A stretch of 64,000 nt of DNA from Hydrolagus colliei (GCA_035084275.1 CM068753.1:558001-622000); one strand, 5' to 3'; positions 36,478 to 50,658 are shown, counted from the stretch's first letter. Numbers and translations: made by a program. Notes: generated from the letters alone by a model not told the origin.

Positions 36478-37128
36478 CAATTCAAGATCCTGGTCCTCAC
36501 CTTCAGTGCCCTCCACAGCCTTGCCCCACCTTAACTCTGTGACCTCCTAACCCCCTTCCTTGTTGAGGAAACATTTCCTCACTCAGAGGGTAGTGAATTT
36601 ATGGAATTCACTACCCCAGAAGGCTGTAGATGCTCAGTCCTTGAACATTTTCAAGGCTGAGACTGATAGATTTTTTTTAAATAGAGGGATTAGGGGATAT
36701 GGGGATAGGGCATGTAATTAGAGTTAGGTTAGAAGATCAGCCATGATCTTATCAAATGGCGGCTCGAGTGGCCGAATGGCCTACTCCTGCTTCTAATTCT
36801 TATGTTCAATCTGCCCACCCCCTCCACTCAGCAAGCTCCGGCCTGCTCTATGTCTCCCAACCCACCTGCCCCACCTTTGGACGGCAAGCCTTCAGCCACC
36901 CTGCCCACCAACCTCTGGAATTCAAACCTCACAGTCGCTCCACCTCACCCCCTCCCTGGCCTTCTGCAAGTCCCGCCTCAAGACCCTCCACTTCGATCAC
37001 ACCTCATCCCCTCCTTTCCCTCCACCCTCCCCAAACCTGATCCTAGCTCGGGTCTGAAACATTCTGTCTAATGCCTTGGGACGTCCTCCTGACGTGACAC
37101 GTGCTAATCAAGTGTCATTTTGCTGTTG
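36478..37128 (+). mobile_element. L2 3' fragment with nested CR1 3' end (about 36560-36803)
   Basis: L2 FKILVLTF motif, then CR1 ACTCAGAGGGTAGTGAATTTATGGAATTC...GGCCGAATGGCCTACTCCTGC, then L2 resumes to its tail. Confidence 0.8.
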
Positions 37129-37410
37129 AGGGTACAATGGATGCTTCGTTTGATTTTGATCAAACTAAAGTTGAGGTGTCAGTATGGATAGGATTGTGTT
37201 GGAAAAAAATCACGTGGGCTGCATTCTCTTCATAAAATAGTTTTAGGGTCCAGAATCGAACCCGGATCTGGCTGCAAACTCCTCCATTTAAAACGCTACT
37301 GGGTGAAGCAACTCACAGGTAATTGCTAAAGTCAGACTGAGCACATTCACATGGTAATAACATTGTGGTTATAGAGTGGTTGATTCAGCACGTTTTGTTA
37401 CACTGATAAA

Positions 37411-37745
37411 TAGTGTCCGGCGATATATCGGTTATAACGGTATAATTTTTCATATCGATATGCCAATATTGGAAATTCAATATGAAAAAAAAATTGGTAT
37501 ATCGGTATATCGTGTCTGGCAATATATCAATAATATCAGTATAATGCGAACTTTTTCGACTTATTTTGTCGCCGACATTGCAAACCTCCTGGACCTAGAG
37601 CATGGAATGCGCGCGCATATCGGAATGTGCGCACACCTCCGAATGCGCGTGCATGCGCAGTATAAAAAAAAGACAATATCGGTATATATCGATATGAGCC
37701 CACCTATATATCGATATTGGAAAATTTCCATATCGACGGACCCTA
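37411..37745 (+). mobile_element. hAT-type MITE, second copy (335 bp)
   Basis: TAGTGTCCG...CGGACCCTA with perfect 8-bp TSD CTGATAAA; homologous to the 32643 copy. Confidence 0.9.
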
Positions 37746-38689
37746 CTGATAAACAAGTGCGCCTATAAAAAACACTCCTAGCCGCTGCAGTCTGGCTTTC
37801 TTCCCGTCTGTGAACTTATAGTAATTTTGTTGTTGTGGCTTTTCTAAGAAAGCCATAGAGGTAACACTGAAATATAGGGGAAAGAGCAGTGATAACAGAT
37901 GTTTCTGTGATTTCCATGATGAAGGTTAACTATAATGGTAAATGCACCTTTGCTCACTGCTGCAGGGAACCGTCCCAATTGTTCTCATTATGTATGTAAT
38001 GCATCATCGACTCCTCTGGTTTCATCATCTAATGTACTCCACCTATTTCTTTCCTTTGTCTTACATTTCCCGCAAATCCCTCCAAAATAAATAATAAATT
38101 GATCAACAACTTGGATTTGACAGTAACCGAGACATTTTGACACAAGATCTTTTTAAAACTGTTTCTAAACTTTTGTTAAGAGTAACAATCAAACAACGAC
38201 AATTTTCGCTGCAAAGATATTTTCGAAATGTTTAAAATTCGTCTGACTACTCGATTGCACACAGTACGTTACAAAGTGCACATTTTGTTTTGGTAATAGT
38301 AGCTGTGAAAGTACAGGGATGTGTTTACCAGACTGAATGCAGTGATGCGTCACAGCGTAGCATTTTACCTGTCTCCTTGTTTCGATGCTTGTCAGTAATT
38401 GCCCCGCAAATGTTCACAGTGTTCTCGCTTCTCGCATGCTGCCTGTTTTTGCAGTAGCAGGTTTCCTATCGTGTGTGCACCAGCGCAGTTGATTGGTGAA
38501 CGCTAGCACACTCTCCACTGATTGGGTGGGTCACTTTATAACAGCCACTAGCCATGATTTCTACATGTGATTCCCTGAATATGTTTACCAGGCCAGAAAG
38601 AAATTGAATAAAGAGTCTTGTGGGTCTCATCTCTTTTTTTTTATATGGGTTAAGAATAGGGGAGGTGAAAAACAAGAGTTCAATGTCCA

Positions 38690-39014
38690 CTCAGTGGGTT
38701 AGAGCGCTCGCCTTACAAGCGTGAGACCTGTGTTCGAATCCAGGCAGGTCAGGGCGAAACCTCGGGCAAGTTTCCTTACTCCACACACACACACGCGCCT
38801 AATAATAATCCGTCAAAAAAAACCCACAATAATAAATAAAATTGGTCATTTTCAATCCCTGACTGTTTGTGGGGGACGCTGCCGTGCGCAATCGGCTGCC
38901 GCGATTCGCCAACAAATATGCCGTCAATTCACTTTACAGAACATTCCGTGAAGCGCTTTGAGACGTGGATAAGATGCGACAAGCGCTATATCAAGTGCAG
39001 TGATTATTATTATT
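38690..39014 (+). mobile_element. Near full-length tRNA-derived SINE
   Basis: Head, body and tail; many CpGs retained. Confidence 0.88.
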
Positions 39015-40003
39015 GCTTTTTTTTTGTTTCTCTTGTGAATTGTAAAGTCCTTTCTTTTCAAATAGCACTGTGGGATCTTCACCTTACCCGAGCAGGGAAA
39101 TGGTGCCTTGGTTTAAAATTTCATCAGACTGCACTGAGTTGCAGTGTCAACCGAGAATGAGCACAAAGTCCCTGCCTGCTACTCGGGCTCCCGCAAAAAG
39201 TGAGACAAACTGAGCCAGGCCCACGCATACTAAACAATAGCAGGGAGATTGAGACAAGAGCCATTTGAAGTGGAGTTGAACCTGATAAGAGAGTTAACGC
39301 ACAGTACTTGGGTGGCTTTTTCTTCAGATTTTTATATTTTAAATGTTTATATTTATGTCTATGATAACTCAGTGATGTCCCATGTGAGAATCAGTGCTGC
39401 TGTGAAATGACACCCCAGTCTGGGTTGTTCAATGCCATGATTGTTGCCGGGCCTGGCATATTTCCTTGTCATTTAAAAAAAAAGGTCAGAACATTGGTTA
39501 GTAAAAATACAATAATTATCCTTATTTTCGATACAGCGCCTTATCCCATCTTCTAGAGGTAATAATGATAATCCTTGCATTTGATATAGCACTGTTCACG
39601 TCTTCTGGACGTCTCAAAGCGCTTCACAGAGTATACTGTAAAGTGGATTGACTCTGTACTTGTGGGCGAAACACAGACAGTCGTGGGTTGAAAATGACCA
39701 TTTTACTATTGTTGTTTTTTGAGGGATTATTATTATTATTATTTTTGTTATTATTGTTGATGTATTAAATGTGATTGTCCCTGATTCCGGAGCTTTACGG
39801 TAGGGACCTCATCTCCCCCCCCCCCCCCCCCCCACTCTCTCTCTCTCTCTCTGCCACGTGCTGTCTCTCCGTCTCAATCACATTGCCGGCGAGTGACACG
39901 GCAGAGCCGCAGCTCTCGGGGTGGGGGGGGGAGAGGGAGAGGGGGGGTCAGGGAATGGCAGTGTGGACATAACACAAGCTACAGTCACCAGGGAAGCGGA
40001 GAA

Positions 40004-40103
40004 ATGGCGGCGTCGCCTCTGGAGCTGACACAGAACCCGCTGAAGAAGATCTGGATGCCGTGTAAACATGGCCTGATTGAGATCCACACCGCGCAGAGGA
40101 AGA
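40004..40103 (+). CDS. PFKFB4: PFKFB4 canonical exon 1
   Basis: MAASPLELTQNPLKKIWMPCKHGLIEIHTAQRK (human MASPRELTQNPLKKIWMP); donor A/gtaggt, phase 1. Confidence 0.95.
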
Positions 40104-43100
40104 GTAGGTCTCTCTCTGTGTGTGTGTGTGTGTGTGTGTGCTGCAGGACAGACACTGAGTCTCCCTGCCTGAGTGCTCAGGTTTGGGATGGAGTCTCTCT
40201 CTCTCTCTCTCTCTCTCCCTCTTTGTCACTGTGTGTGTTTAGCTCAATTGTAGAGATTAAGTTGGGGGGGGAAATACACCTATTTGGAAATTAAGCTGCA
40301 AAATTGTGTGTGTAGATATTTGTGTGGGTGGTGGGGGGGATATGTGTGTGTGTGTGTGTGTGTTAGTGGGGGGGGGGGGGGGGGGGGAAATGAAATCCGA
40401 CGAATTTGCCGGCGACCTGCCTAATAAACAGAGCTACAGATACCTGGCAATGTCTTGGAATATGTCATATGTAATGTAAAGATGGTTTTGGTGAAACCTG
40501 CTGATCGGGTGGGTTTGTTGTAGGGCAGGGTGGGGGGAGTATTTTGCCCGCTGTGTTACCTTCGGTTGCTCTTCACGGGCTGGGATACTGATGGAGTTTT
40601 TATTATATTAAAATGTAATTATTTGCTAGTGATTTTGAAGATTGTTTGACTGTGTTATCACGGTGGAGTGTGGTATTGAAACCTGATCCATTTCTTTCAA
40701 ACTACGTGGTGAATAGTTGATGGAATTCTCCCCCCCCCCCCCCCCCAGTTTTGCTTCTTGTTGCCAGTGGCTGTACACATGATTACACAGTTTGGTTTGA
40801 TGGTCTTATTGCAGTTTGTGATAATGTAGTGATTTTGTTCCTTCTTGTAAATTTGGTCTCCGACCTTTTTGTCCGGCAAAGTCTTCACAAAAACACTATT
40901 TGAGGGTTGGAACAATGCAAAAGGCACCAGCAGAACCCAGGGTATTCAGGACACAATCACTGTATCTGGGGCATAGCGGGGTTTTTTTTTTGGGGGGGGG
41001 GGGGGGGTGGGGGGGGAAAGCACAAGGGGCTTTTGTTCAAGGTTGGTGTATAAATACAAATATTGTTTGCAATTCTGTGTCATTCTCTAATTATTGATGA
41101 GATGATTCCCCCCCCCCCCCCCACCTCCACACACACACAAAAAAAAATACGTCTTGTAATCGTGAATATTGGTGCTCATAGTACCTTTCTCTCCCCCCCC
41201 CCCCCCCCATCCCCCAGTCTATTGTTTTGGGCTATGATGATGATGATGATAATAATCCTTGCATATGCTAATGTAAATTAAAATTTGTGCTATTCCCATG
41301 GATATAAACTACCATTTTGAGTGTCCCACCATTTAGCTTCACAGTGCTGTCTGTCCCTCTCTCTTTCTCTCTCCTATCCCTCCTCCCCACCTCCTCCTCC
41401 TTCCTACCCCCTCCTCCCGTCACCCTCCTTTGGGGAATCTTTGCTCAGTGATCTTGAGTTGCATGTTTGAGAATGGTATGGAAACAAAGAGCCGTTAACA
41501 CTATTTAGTTGATATTCATACACCATTTTTTCCCAGAAGGATTCAGTAATTGGTTTCTTAGTACCTGTACAAGGATATCATACTTTATCCTATAGATTAA
41601 CCCTAAAACTGGTTGAAAAAGTCAGATGATTTAATAAGAATAAAAGCAAGGAATTTCCTCATTAACAGACATGCTGTGTGGTTTTTTTTTCTTCCCCACT
41701 TACCATAATATTCATTGCATGACAGATGATAGGCCCATCAAACACTTGATCTGGATGATGAGAAGAGAGTCCAATGAAGGGGGGAAATATGTTTGTTTTC
41801 TCTGACATTAATAATATTTGTGCAGAGATTGATTTGTGTTTGATTATTCCAGCCCGGTATTTTCTGGAGCTCCAGTCTGTTATTCTTACTGCTGCATTTG
41901 TCAACCTTTCTTGATAATTTGTATCATCCAGTAAAGCAGACTGCAACAAAGAAGAAATATTTTTGCCTACATGGCATTTCTCTTTGGCTTCCTTACCCTT
42001 CAAGTATTGCTTCCCAGAGCTTAACTACGATGAGCTATATAAATAGCGACATATTTTAAAAAGGCTAATTTTTTCTGAATAATGGAAAACTGAAATAATT
42101 CAAGGCTGGAATTTAAGCCAGGGCTGCAAATGCACAGTTATTTATTAATCAGCCGTTTCAAACCAGAGGTTCAGACAAGGTAATTTGTTGATGCTGAAGA
42201 GGTCTCGATGAAGTATAGCTTGTAGTGGGAATGTGCGTGATTCAGATAAAATGATTTAGGTGCTGGATTTTAATGCAATTTGCCTTTGGAACCCCCAATT
42301 GCAACTATCAACATTGGTTAATTTTTCATTTACCTACAAATACACAGTCACTTCAGTTTACCATATATTCCGTTAAGGGTTTTGAGACGTCTCAACGATG
42401 TGATGAGGAACTATATCAAATGCATGGATTATTAGATATAACTATTCTTAGTTGGTGTCTTCACTCTTTTCGGCTTTGTTGCCCTATCCTTTCTTTCATC
42501 CCAACTTTCATTGTACCATAGATCCTTTGTTACCTCGGCCTTTGCTGCTTCATTCCCTGGTATGCGTTTTGGGCTCTTTGTCGTTTTTGTGTCCTCTTAC
42601 ACATACTTTTCAGTCTTTTCCCCCAGTTACTCTTACACTAATTCTTTTTTTTTTGCCAACTCAGTTGAGCAGAAACTCAAATCATGGCTCACCCAAATTC
42701 CAGCCATTTCAAGAGAGCGGAGCAGGTGCAGACAAACAATTTTCAATTTAGAACTGTCAGCCAGGGCTGCAAATACACAGAGAAGATATATTCAAACCTA
42801 AGGGTTTTTAGCTTTTTGCATAAAGACTTGCGTACGCCAGGCTGACTGCAGTCGGTTATTTGGAAATTCCAGTTTTAGACGAATGTCAAATGTTTGACCC
42901 AACACTAATATCTGAAGCAGATTTGACAATAATCCCTCCAAAATAAACAGATAATAAATTGGTCATTTCAGTCCATGACTGTTTATGGGACACTGCTGTG
43001 CCTCAACTGGCTGCTGCGTTTCGCCCACAAATATAGTCAATTCACTTTACAGCCTATTTCTGTGAAGCGCTTTGAGATGTCTGGAAGACATGCAAACAGC

Positions 43101-44852
43101 TACATCCAATTCAAGGATTATTATCAGAACTTTCAGAGAAGTGGTTTACTGGAAATAATTAAGTGTTGGTGGGTTACACCCTTATTTGTAACTTGAGCGA
43201 TTGCAGTCATTTTCTGACCCCGACAGATCTTCTTTTGCCATCTTTAAGTGTCTCGGAAAATGTACCCTTTTCCTCAGGGTACATACTCAGACTATCTGAA
43301 TCCCGGTTTGTGTAGTCATTTTCTGTTTACACAATAAATTTCACTTGCATGTGGACATTTGCCCCGATACTGTACACACTGATTCAAATGTCCAAACAAA
43401 TGATTCTGTGAGCTGCTGCCTCCCCACCCCATCAAAAAATGTTATTCAATGATACTGTGAATAATACAAATGGCGAACACTTTCTTTAATGTTCAAAGTA
43501 GTTTTATATCTAAGTTTCCATTCTGCATGGTGGTTGCCTCCTCCAAGTCCCGTCTCAAGACCCTCCTTTTCGATTGGGGGTTTGGTCACCCTCCTACCCT
43601 TACCTACTCTTCCTGATCCCAACCACCAGTTTGGAGGTCGATTCCCTGACTGTCCAGCGCCCTCCTAATGTGAAAGGCGCTATAAAAATACAAATTCTTG
43701 TTGTTGGAATTGTCTTGGTCTGGGAGAGTTGTATAGGGATTGTATAGGCAGGCTAGTTAAGCATTAACAGTGCTGCGGATTGCTTCAGACTTTGCTGGCT
43801 TTTTCCAGGCGTGAATCCTGGGTTTCAGCCAGCTCAAAAGAGACCGTGCTTACCTCTTCAAACAGGATGAAAGCCTGACCACACTGATGCGCTTCCCGCT
43901 AGGAACAGGGAGAGCATCAGCTTAGAATGACTCAGGCTTTGATAAAATTAGGTTGACAAAATGAGAACCAAGCTAAACATATCAGCGAGGACTCTATTGG
44001 GTTGGCCGGATCCAAGGATTCATTGAGTTACATATATAAAATTTAGTAACAAATCTACGCACAAGCGATACGCAGCATTATGATTCAACAAAATCATATT
44101 TATAGAGCACCTTTCACATCAGGAAGACGTGCCAAGGTCCTGGGTATGATAGGTAATCATATTCTAAACCTGCTAGATCCCTCGAGGCACATTAACCAGC
44201 ATCTATGCAGGACGTAGTTCCTACATGTTACTTCAAACTCTGATTTTCTGAGTTTGTCATTAATAACTGAGGAGTTTTCACACTTTTGAGCAGATGCTGT
44301 GACTCAATGTGGCCTTGTGTGCACCAGCCCAGCTTGGTGACTGGAAGAGAGTTTAGAGGCTTCTGCCGTTTGCCAGTTCAAAAACAATTCTGAAATAAAT
44401 TGTACATTGATGAAGGCTACCGATTGCGATCTGAGAAGGAATAGTTCTCATATAGCTTCTCGATGACAGGAGTTGTGCAAAATTGGTATTGTTGATAGAG
44501 AATGTTCTAAAGCCGAGCGGAATTCAGTTTTGCGCATAGGTGAATTCTGAAATACCTATAATAAAAATAATACTGATGATAATCATCCTTGCATTTGATA
44601 TAGTGCTTGGAATTCCATTCCGCAGGCCATCCACCTCTTCCGTAGCCTCCTTCAAGCCTGAAAACCCTCCTCTTCGATGGTCCCATCAGTCCCCCCCTAA
44701 TCCCCTCCTTTCCTTCTTACTGCCCTCCCCGATCCCGACCCCATCTTGGGTCTGAAATACTGACTTTCCAGTACCTTGGGTTGTCCTCCTGATATGAAAG
44801 GCGCTAAACAATTTTGCTGTTGTTTGTTGTTGTTACATCTGAGACTAAAAAG

Positions 44853-45250
44853 GCAAAATACTGTAAATGTCAGAAATCTGAAATAAAACAGAAGTTGCTG
44901 GGAACACGCAGCAGGTCAGGCAGCATCAGTGGAGAGAGGAAAATCAGTTAACATTTAATGTCAATCACTTTTCCTCAGAACTGGTGGGTGGGTGAAGCCA
45001 AAAGATGATAAAGTCGAGCAGAGAAGAGAGTGGGAAAGAAAGACAAAGGAAAAACATAGGTGGGGGTGGGAGATGACGTAAGTATTGATGGATGCAGGAC
45101 AAAAAGGAGGCAAAAGTGGGAGATTATTGAATCCAGAGGATGTGTGAATGGTTGTAGAAGAGAGGGAGGGCAGGTTGAGAGATGGTGGGAATTGTGTTTA
45201 AGATCTGAAGTGGTTAAAATCATTGTTGTGGCCAGAGGGCTGTAAGATCG
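44853..45250 (-). mobile_element. Penelope-like retroelement 3' end
   Basis: Minus strand encodes LQPSGHNNDFNHFRS, resembling the recalled PLE ORF end LQPxGLNxxF; followed by the CTGATGCTGCCTGACCTGCTG repeat also seen at 14110. Confidence 0.6.
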
Positions 45251-45681
45251 ATTGCTCTCCCAGTCTTTGGCCATTTATATATACCTGATGGCTTTCACAG
45301 CTCCGACAATAATTTTCTTGGTTCTTCGTTGCCCTTCCCACTGACGTTTCTTCACCATGGACTCTTAAAAAAAAATCTTCTTTCAGTGTAATGCGGGAAC
45401 CTCTCTCTTTAATGCTTCCAGTGAGGGCTTTCGAACACTTTTGTTTGGTCTTATTTGCATATCAATTTAAGAACTGAACAGTCTTGGCCATTGGGGAAAC
45501 AGCTCTGAAAATGGTGCAGAATAATTTGCCATGAAACTCATCAATTTTGTACACACTGGCACATTTGGCAGCTTTGAAAGGAACTGAAGCTTGGGAGAGT
45601 GTCTCTTAGCAATGAGCCTGCAGGGTTGTAACACTGTATTTTCAATGCAAATGAATCTTAGTGTAAGAAACTTAAAGCAGT

Positions 45682-45992
45682 TAATAATAATAATAATAAT
45701 CCTTGCATTTGATATAGTGATTTTCACGTCTTGAAGACGTCTCAAAGCACTCCACAGAATACCCTGTAAAGTGAATTGTGGGCGAAACGCGGCAGCCAAT
45801 TGCGCACAGCAGCGTCCCACAAACAGTCGTGGAGTCAAACGACCAATTTACTACTGTTTTATTTGAGGAATTATTATAAGGCGTGTAGAAAGTAAGGAAA
45901 CTTGCCCAAGGTTACACCCTGACCTGTCTGGATTTGAACACAGGTCTCACGCTTGTAAGGCGAGTGCTCTAAACACTGAGCTACAGGACTCC
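45682..45992 (-). mobile_element. Full-length tRNA-derived SINE
   Basis: Complete head, body and tail. Confidence 0.88.
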
Positions 45993-46372
45993 AGTTTCTT
46001 TGTTCAGACAACAACAACAAAATGACATTTGTGGAGTCCCGTTCACCTCGGGAGGACGTTCCACGGCGACAAGTACCATTGTTCTGACCTCGGTTACTAC
46101 TAGTGGGCTTTTTCAAGATCACCAACTTCTTGCCAGTGTATTGGAAGCTCTTGCGTGTGAGCAGCCACTCACTCCACTATTTAATGACCCAGACTAAAGT
46201 ACAATTGCTGTTATAAATGATAAACTTTCTTGATATAGCAGCAACCTGGAACTTTTAACTTTTATATCATTTAGTTGCTTGAACTCGTAGTTATGTAAGA
46301 ATTAAAGTTGGTTCTATTTCGTAACCCAATCTAAACAAAATGCAATTGCGGTTGTAAATGATAAACTTTCTT

Positions 46373-46617
46373 TAATATTATCCTTGCATTTGGTATAGCG
46401 CTTTTCACATCTAGATGTCTCAGAATATACTGCAAAGTGAATTGACTGTATATTTGTGTGAGAAAAACAGTCGTGGATTGAAGTGACCAATTTATTACTG
46501 TTTGTTTGTTGAGGGATTAGTATCAGGTGTGTGGAGTAAGGAAACTTGCCTAAGGGAATCGAACCCAGATCTCTTACTTGCAAGGCGAGTGCTCTCACCG
46601 CTGAGCTACAGGACTAC
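46373..46617 (-). mobile_element. tRNA-derived SINE with internal deletions
   Basis: Head and tail present. Confidence 0.82.
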
Positions 46618-47148
46618 ACATATTGAGGCATCTTGGTACTTTGAACTTCCTTTCATTTAGTTGGTTGCATTCATATTTATGTGAGAACTAAAGCTGGTTG
46701 TATTCCTGTCTAAATTGAGGTAGGCCTAATTTTGTTTATTACAATCCTTTTCCCTATTGTAGGCACCAAGGTTGTGAAGGGTTTTGGGAAGTCTCAAAGA
46801 CATGATAAGACGCTATATCAAATGTAATGATTATTATTGTTATACTAATAGAGAAACTATGTAGTCCTTAAAAGAGCCTTTTTGAAATGTAACTCCATTC
46901 AGTTGCTAATCAGAATAATGTTTTGCTATAGGAGACCTAAAGCTGTCTCTGTGTAAATGAAAGTACTGTAGGTTTATATGTGGTGATTACAAATTATTTT
47001 GCCTGTTGTAAGTATCAAGGTTGGATACTTTTTATTTGTATGAGAAAATTGTATGAGAGACGAAACAATCTGTGATCTCTTTAAAGTTTAGAGTGCTCCA
47101 GACTCACATTTTGTGAGCTGTCCAAAAGGGAAACAGCAACATTTATTT

Positions 47149-47179
<31 letters not shown>

Positions 47180-47181
<2 letters not shown>

Positions 47182-47442
47182 GGCAGACCTTGCTTAACGT
47201 TGATTCGGTCAACGTTGTTTCGTTATTACGTCGCTGGTACATAGGGACGAAATGCATATTTATTTAACATCGCGACGTTCACTATTACGTAGTTTGCCCG
47301 GGTAAAAACAAACTGCTTTAGGTAGCGTAGGCATATGTAGACATTGAACATCCAGTATTCTTGCACGGGTTCGCTTAACGTCATTTTGCTTAAAGTCGCA
47401 CTTTTCGCAAACACAACCGCGACGTTAAGCGAGGAGTAAGTG
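47180..47442. mobile_element. Tigger/pogo-type MITE (MER82-like)
   Basis: Imperfect TIRs CAGGCAGACCTTGCTTAACGT / ACGTTAAGCGAGGAGTAAGTG in TA-rich flanks; internal TGCGACTTTAAGC resembles recalled MER82. Confidence 0.7.
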
Positions 47443-49557
47443 AATATATAGCACTCTTCAGGTAGAGTAACATTTTGCAGTTCTTCACAAGGACCGGGTC
47501 AGGTGCTGAATGGGGAAGAACACACATTCAAAGAGCTAGACTTAATTAAGATTGTGAGGAGGGGGCAAGTAGAAATTTAGAAAATCATGAAACTTTGCTC
47601 ATATTTTGGAGAGATTAGAAATATGAAATTCAGATTTTTTTTAGAGAAAGTGGCTGAAAAATTTAAACAGAGAACCTTAACATTGTATATGGAGTTGAGG
47701 CAATTCCTGCAAGTACGCGGATTAATAGACCTGCTGTAATGAACAGAAATGAAAGGTTGGGCTTTTAATATCTGAAGAGAAGTGCTTTGACTTATTGATT
47801 GTTCCTGTAAGAGTCTCAGTAGTTAGCTGAATGCCATACTTTGTGAAATTGTGAAATTGGGTCTTTAGTGCTGAATGTTGGAAGAAATCTTCGGAGCATT
47901 GCAGTATTTGAATGAGAACGACAGTGTAGCTATTCATCAAAGCTATCGAACAATGCTATCTTGTGCAAGATGGAGCCAGTGAATATCATTTGTGCGAAAG
48001 CCTTTTGCTTTAACTCGACCAATTTTCTGGTTTTGACTGAAGCGGATTGAGGTTGCTTGATATTTCTATGTAAGGAAAGGTGACATTGGAATCGTTTTGG
48101 TGCAGTGTTGGGGGAAAAAAGAATGACGCACGTTGTTCAACAGGATTCCTGATTTAAATTACCAGTTCATGCTATCGTGCTGTGTTTTGTGCTGATTTCT
48201 GAAGAATCGTGAACATTTGCTTTTCAACATGAAATGGCTGATGGTGGATCTCAAAGGGCAGCTCTCTCTCTCTTTCTCTGTCTCTCTCTGTTTTTTTAAA
48301 TAAACATTTCGCCCACAAATATACAGTTAATTCACTTTACAGTATATTCTGTGAAGCACTTCTAGACGTCTAGAAGACGTGATAAGGCACTATATCAAGT
48401 GCGAGGATTATTATTATAACAATGTGAAGTTGTTGGTTCACAGAAGTGTATTTGTTTTCATAACTTATCCATAGTTCTTTCCAGCAAAAGAGCCTAAATA
48501 AATAAGAATAGATTATTCTAACCAGACGCTTACTCTGATTAGGGAAAAAAGGTCACAATATTCTGTGTATTTACTCTAACCATTTCCCCAATATTTGCTA
48601 TTCATGCAAAGCCTTGAAATACCATAGTTCATATTAAAACGCAGCTAACGAACAAGCAGTCACCTCGACAGTGATGCAGCGCTGCTCATGTTATTAAAGA
48701 TTGCCATCTCAAGGAGAGAATTACGTGAAGAAAATGTAAAGGAAGTGTCTGGGGACTTGAGAAGCAATTTAGGAAGGGGATGGCGTACTGGAGCACTTCA
48801 AAACCTCCAGCGCCTTGGGACGTCCCCCTGACGTGAAAGGAGCTATCATACAAGTCGTTTTGTTGTTTGTTGTAGCAAGAGGCTTGAGTGCTCATTTGTA
48901 GAATTGGAGTTTCTGATTTAAGTGTTATTTAAGATCAGCCCACGTCGCTCTTCATCCCTTTGGGAACAGTGGGCCAGGCTGCCATTACCCACTCTGACCA
49001 GACTCTGCCAATGATTTTATTACTGCTTTTTACTAGGTAGTGCATCTGCCTGTTCACACGCTGTAAATAAATAGGAAAGGAGCACTTGAATACAGTGCTG
49101 CATTTAACTAGACAATTTGCATCAATTAACTTTGTTGCTGTAACAGACTGATAGATTATATTGTGATGTGTTATTGAGTGTGTTATTAAGCACTCGGGCA
49201 TCTTGTAATGTTGAGTTTTCACATGAGTGGAATGGTTTACTGAAGTATGTGGGAGAAGGTGCTTGTTTGTGACCATGGAGACAGACTTCAGACTCTTGAT
49301 AACTTGATCCTGGCTTAGCTTAACTTGTCACTATTGCTGAAGTCATCATGTCCATCAATATCCCGGCTCCATTTATTTATGTAAAGATACACATGCTTAA
49401 CTTGCCACTCCAGATAACTCGTCACGAAAGCCTTTTCCCTTAGAGTGATGTGATATGATGCGGTCTGAGACGCTGTCCAGCATGGAGGGCGCTATATAAA
49501 TCACAGTTATTGTTGAGTTACCTGGAACTATAATTAATGCATATGTTTCCATCATAT

Positions 49558-49860
49558 GCTCAGTGGTTAGAGCACTTGCCTTACAAGCGAGAGATCTGGG
49601 TTCAATTCCGGGCAGATCAGGGTGAAACCTTGGACAAGTTTCCTTACTGATAATAATTCCTAAAAAAAAATTTGGTTATTTCAATCCATGATTGTTTGTG
49701 AGACCCTGCTGTAGGCAATTTGTCACCGCGTTTCACCCACAGATATACAGTCAATTCACTTTATAGTATACTCTGTGAAGCGCTTTGAGGTGTCTAGAAG
49801 ACGTAAAAAGCGCTATATCAAATGCAAGGATTATTATTAAATGCAAGGATGATTATTATT
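49558..49860 (+). mobile_element. tRNA-derived SINE with duplicated tail
   Basis: AAATGCAAGGATTATTATT motif occurs twice at the 3' end. Confidence 0.85.
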
Positions 49861-50265
49861 TTTAATAAATGATAATATTGAGAGGTATTGAGGTATTCGC
49901 CCACAAAATATACAGTCAATTCACCTGGCAGTATATTCTGTGAAGACTTTGACACTTCTCAAAGATGTGATAAGGCACTATGACAAATGTAAGGATTATT
50001 ATCATTGCTTCTCATCTCTATTAGAGGTTTCTGATTCTACAGCAAGATCCTCCCTGGTGCCTAATGGTAGAAATTAAATATGGAACAGTATGTTGTAAAC
50101 TGGATCAATGCAATCTATTTTGAGATGAGGCCATTCAACACTACGGCATTTAATCATCGAAGAATATGCCCTTGAAAAATCTCACTCGTGAATTTCGGCA
50201 AAAATGTTTTAAGTTATTTGCAAGATCTTGAGACCCTGCAAATTAAGTCAACAAAAAGGTTTTAA

Positions 50266-50658
<393 letters not shown>

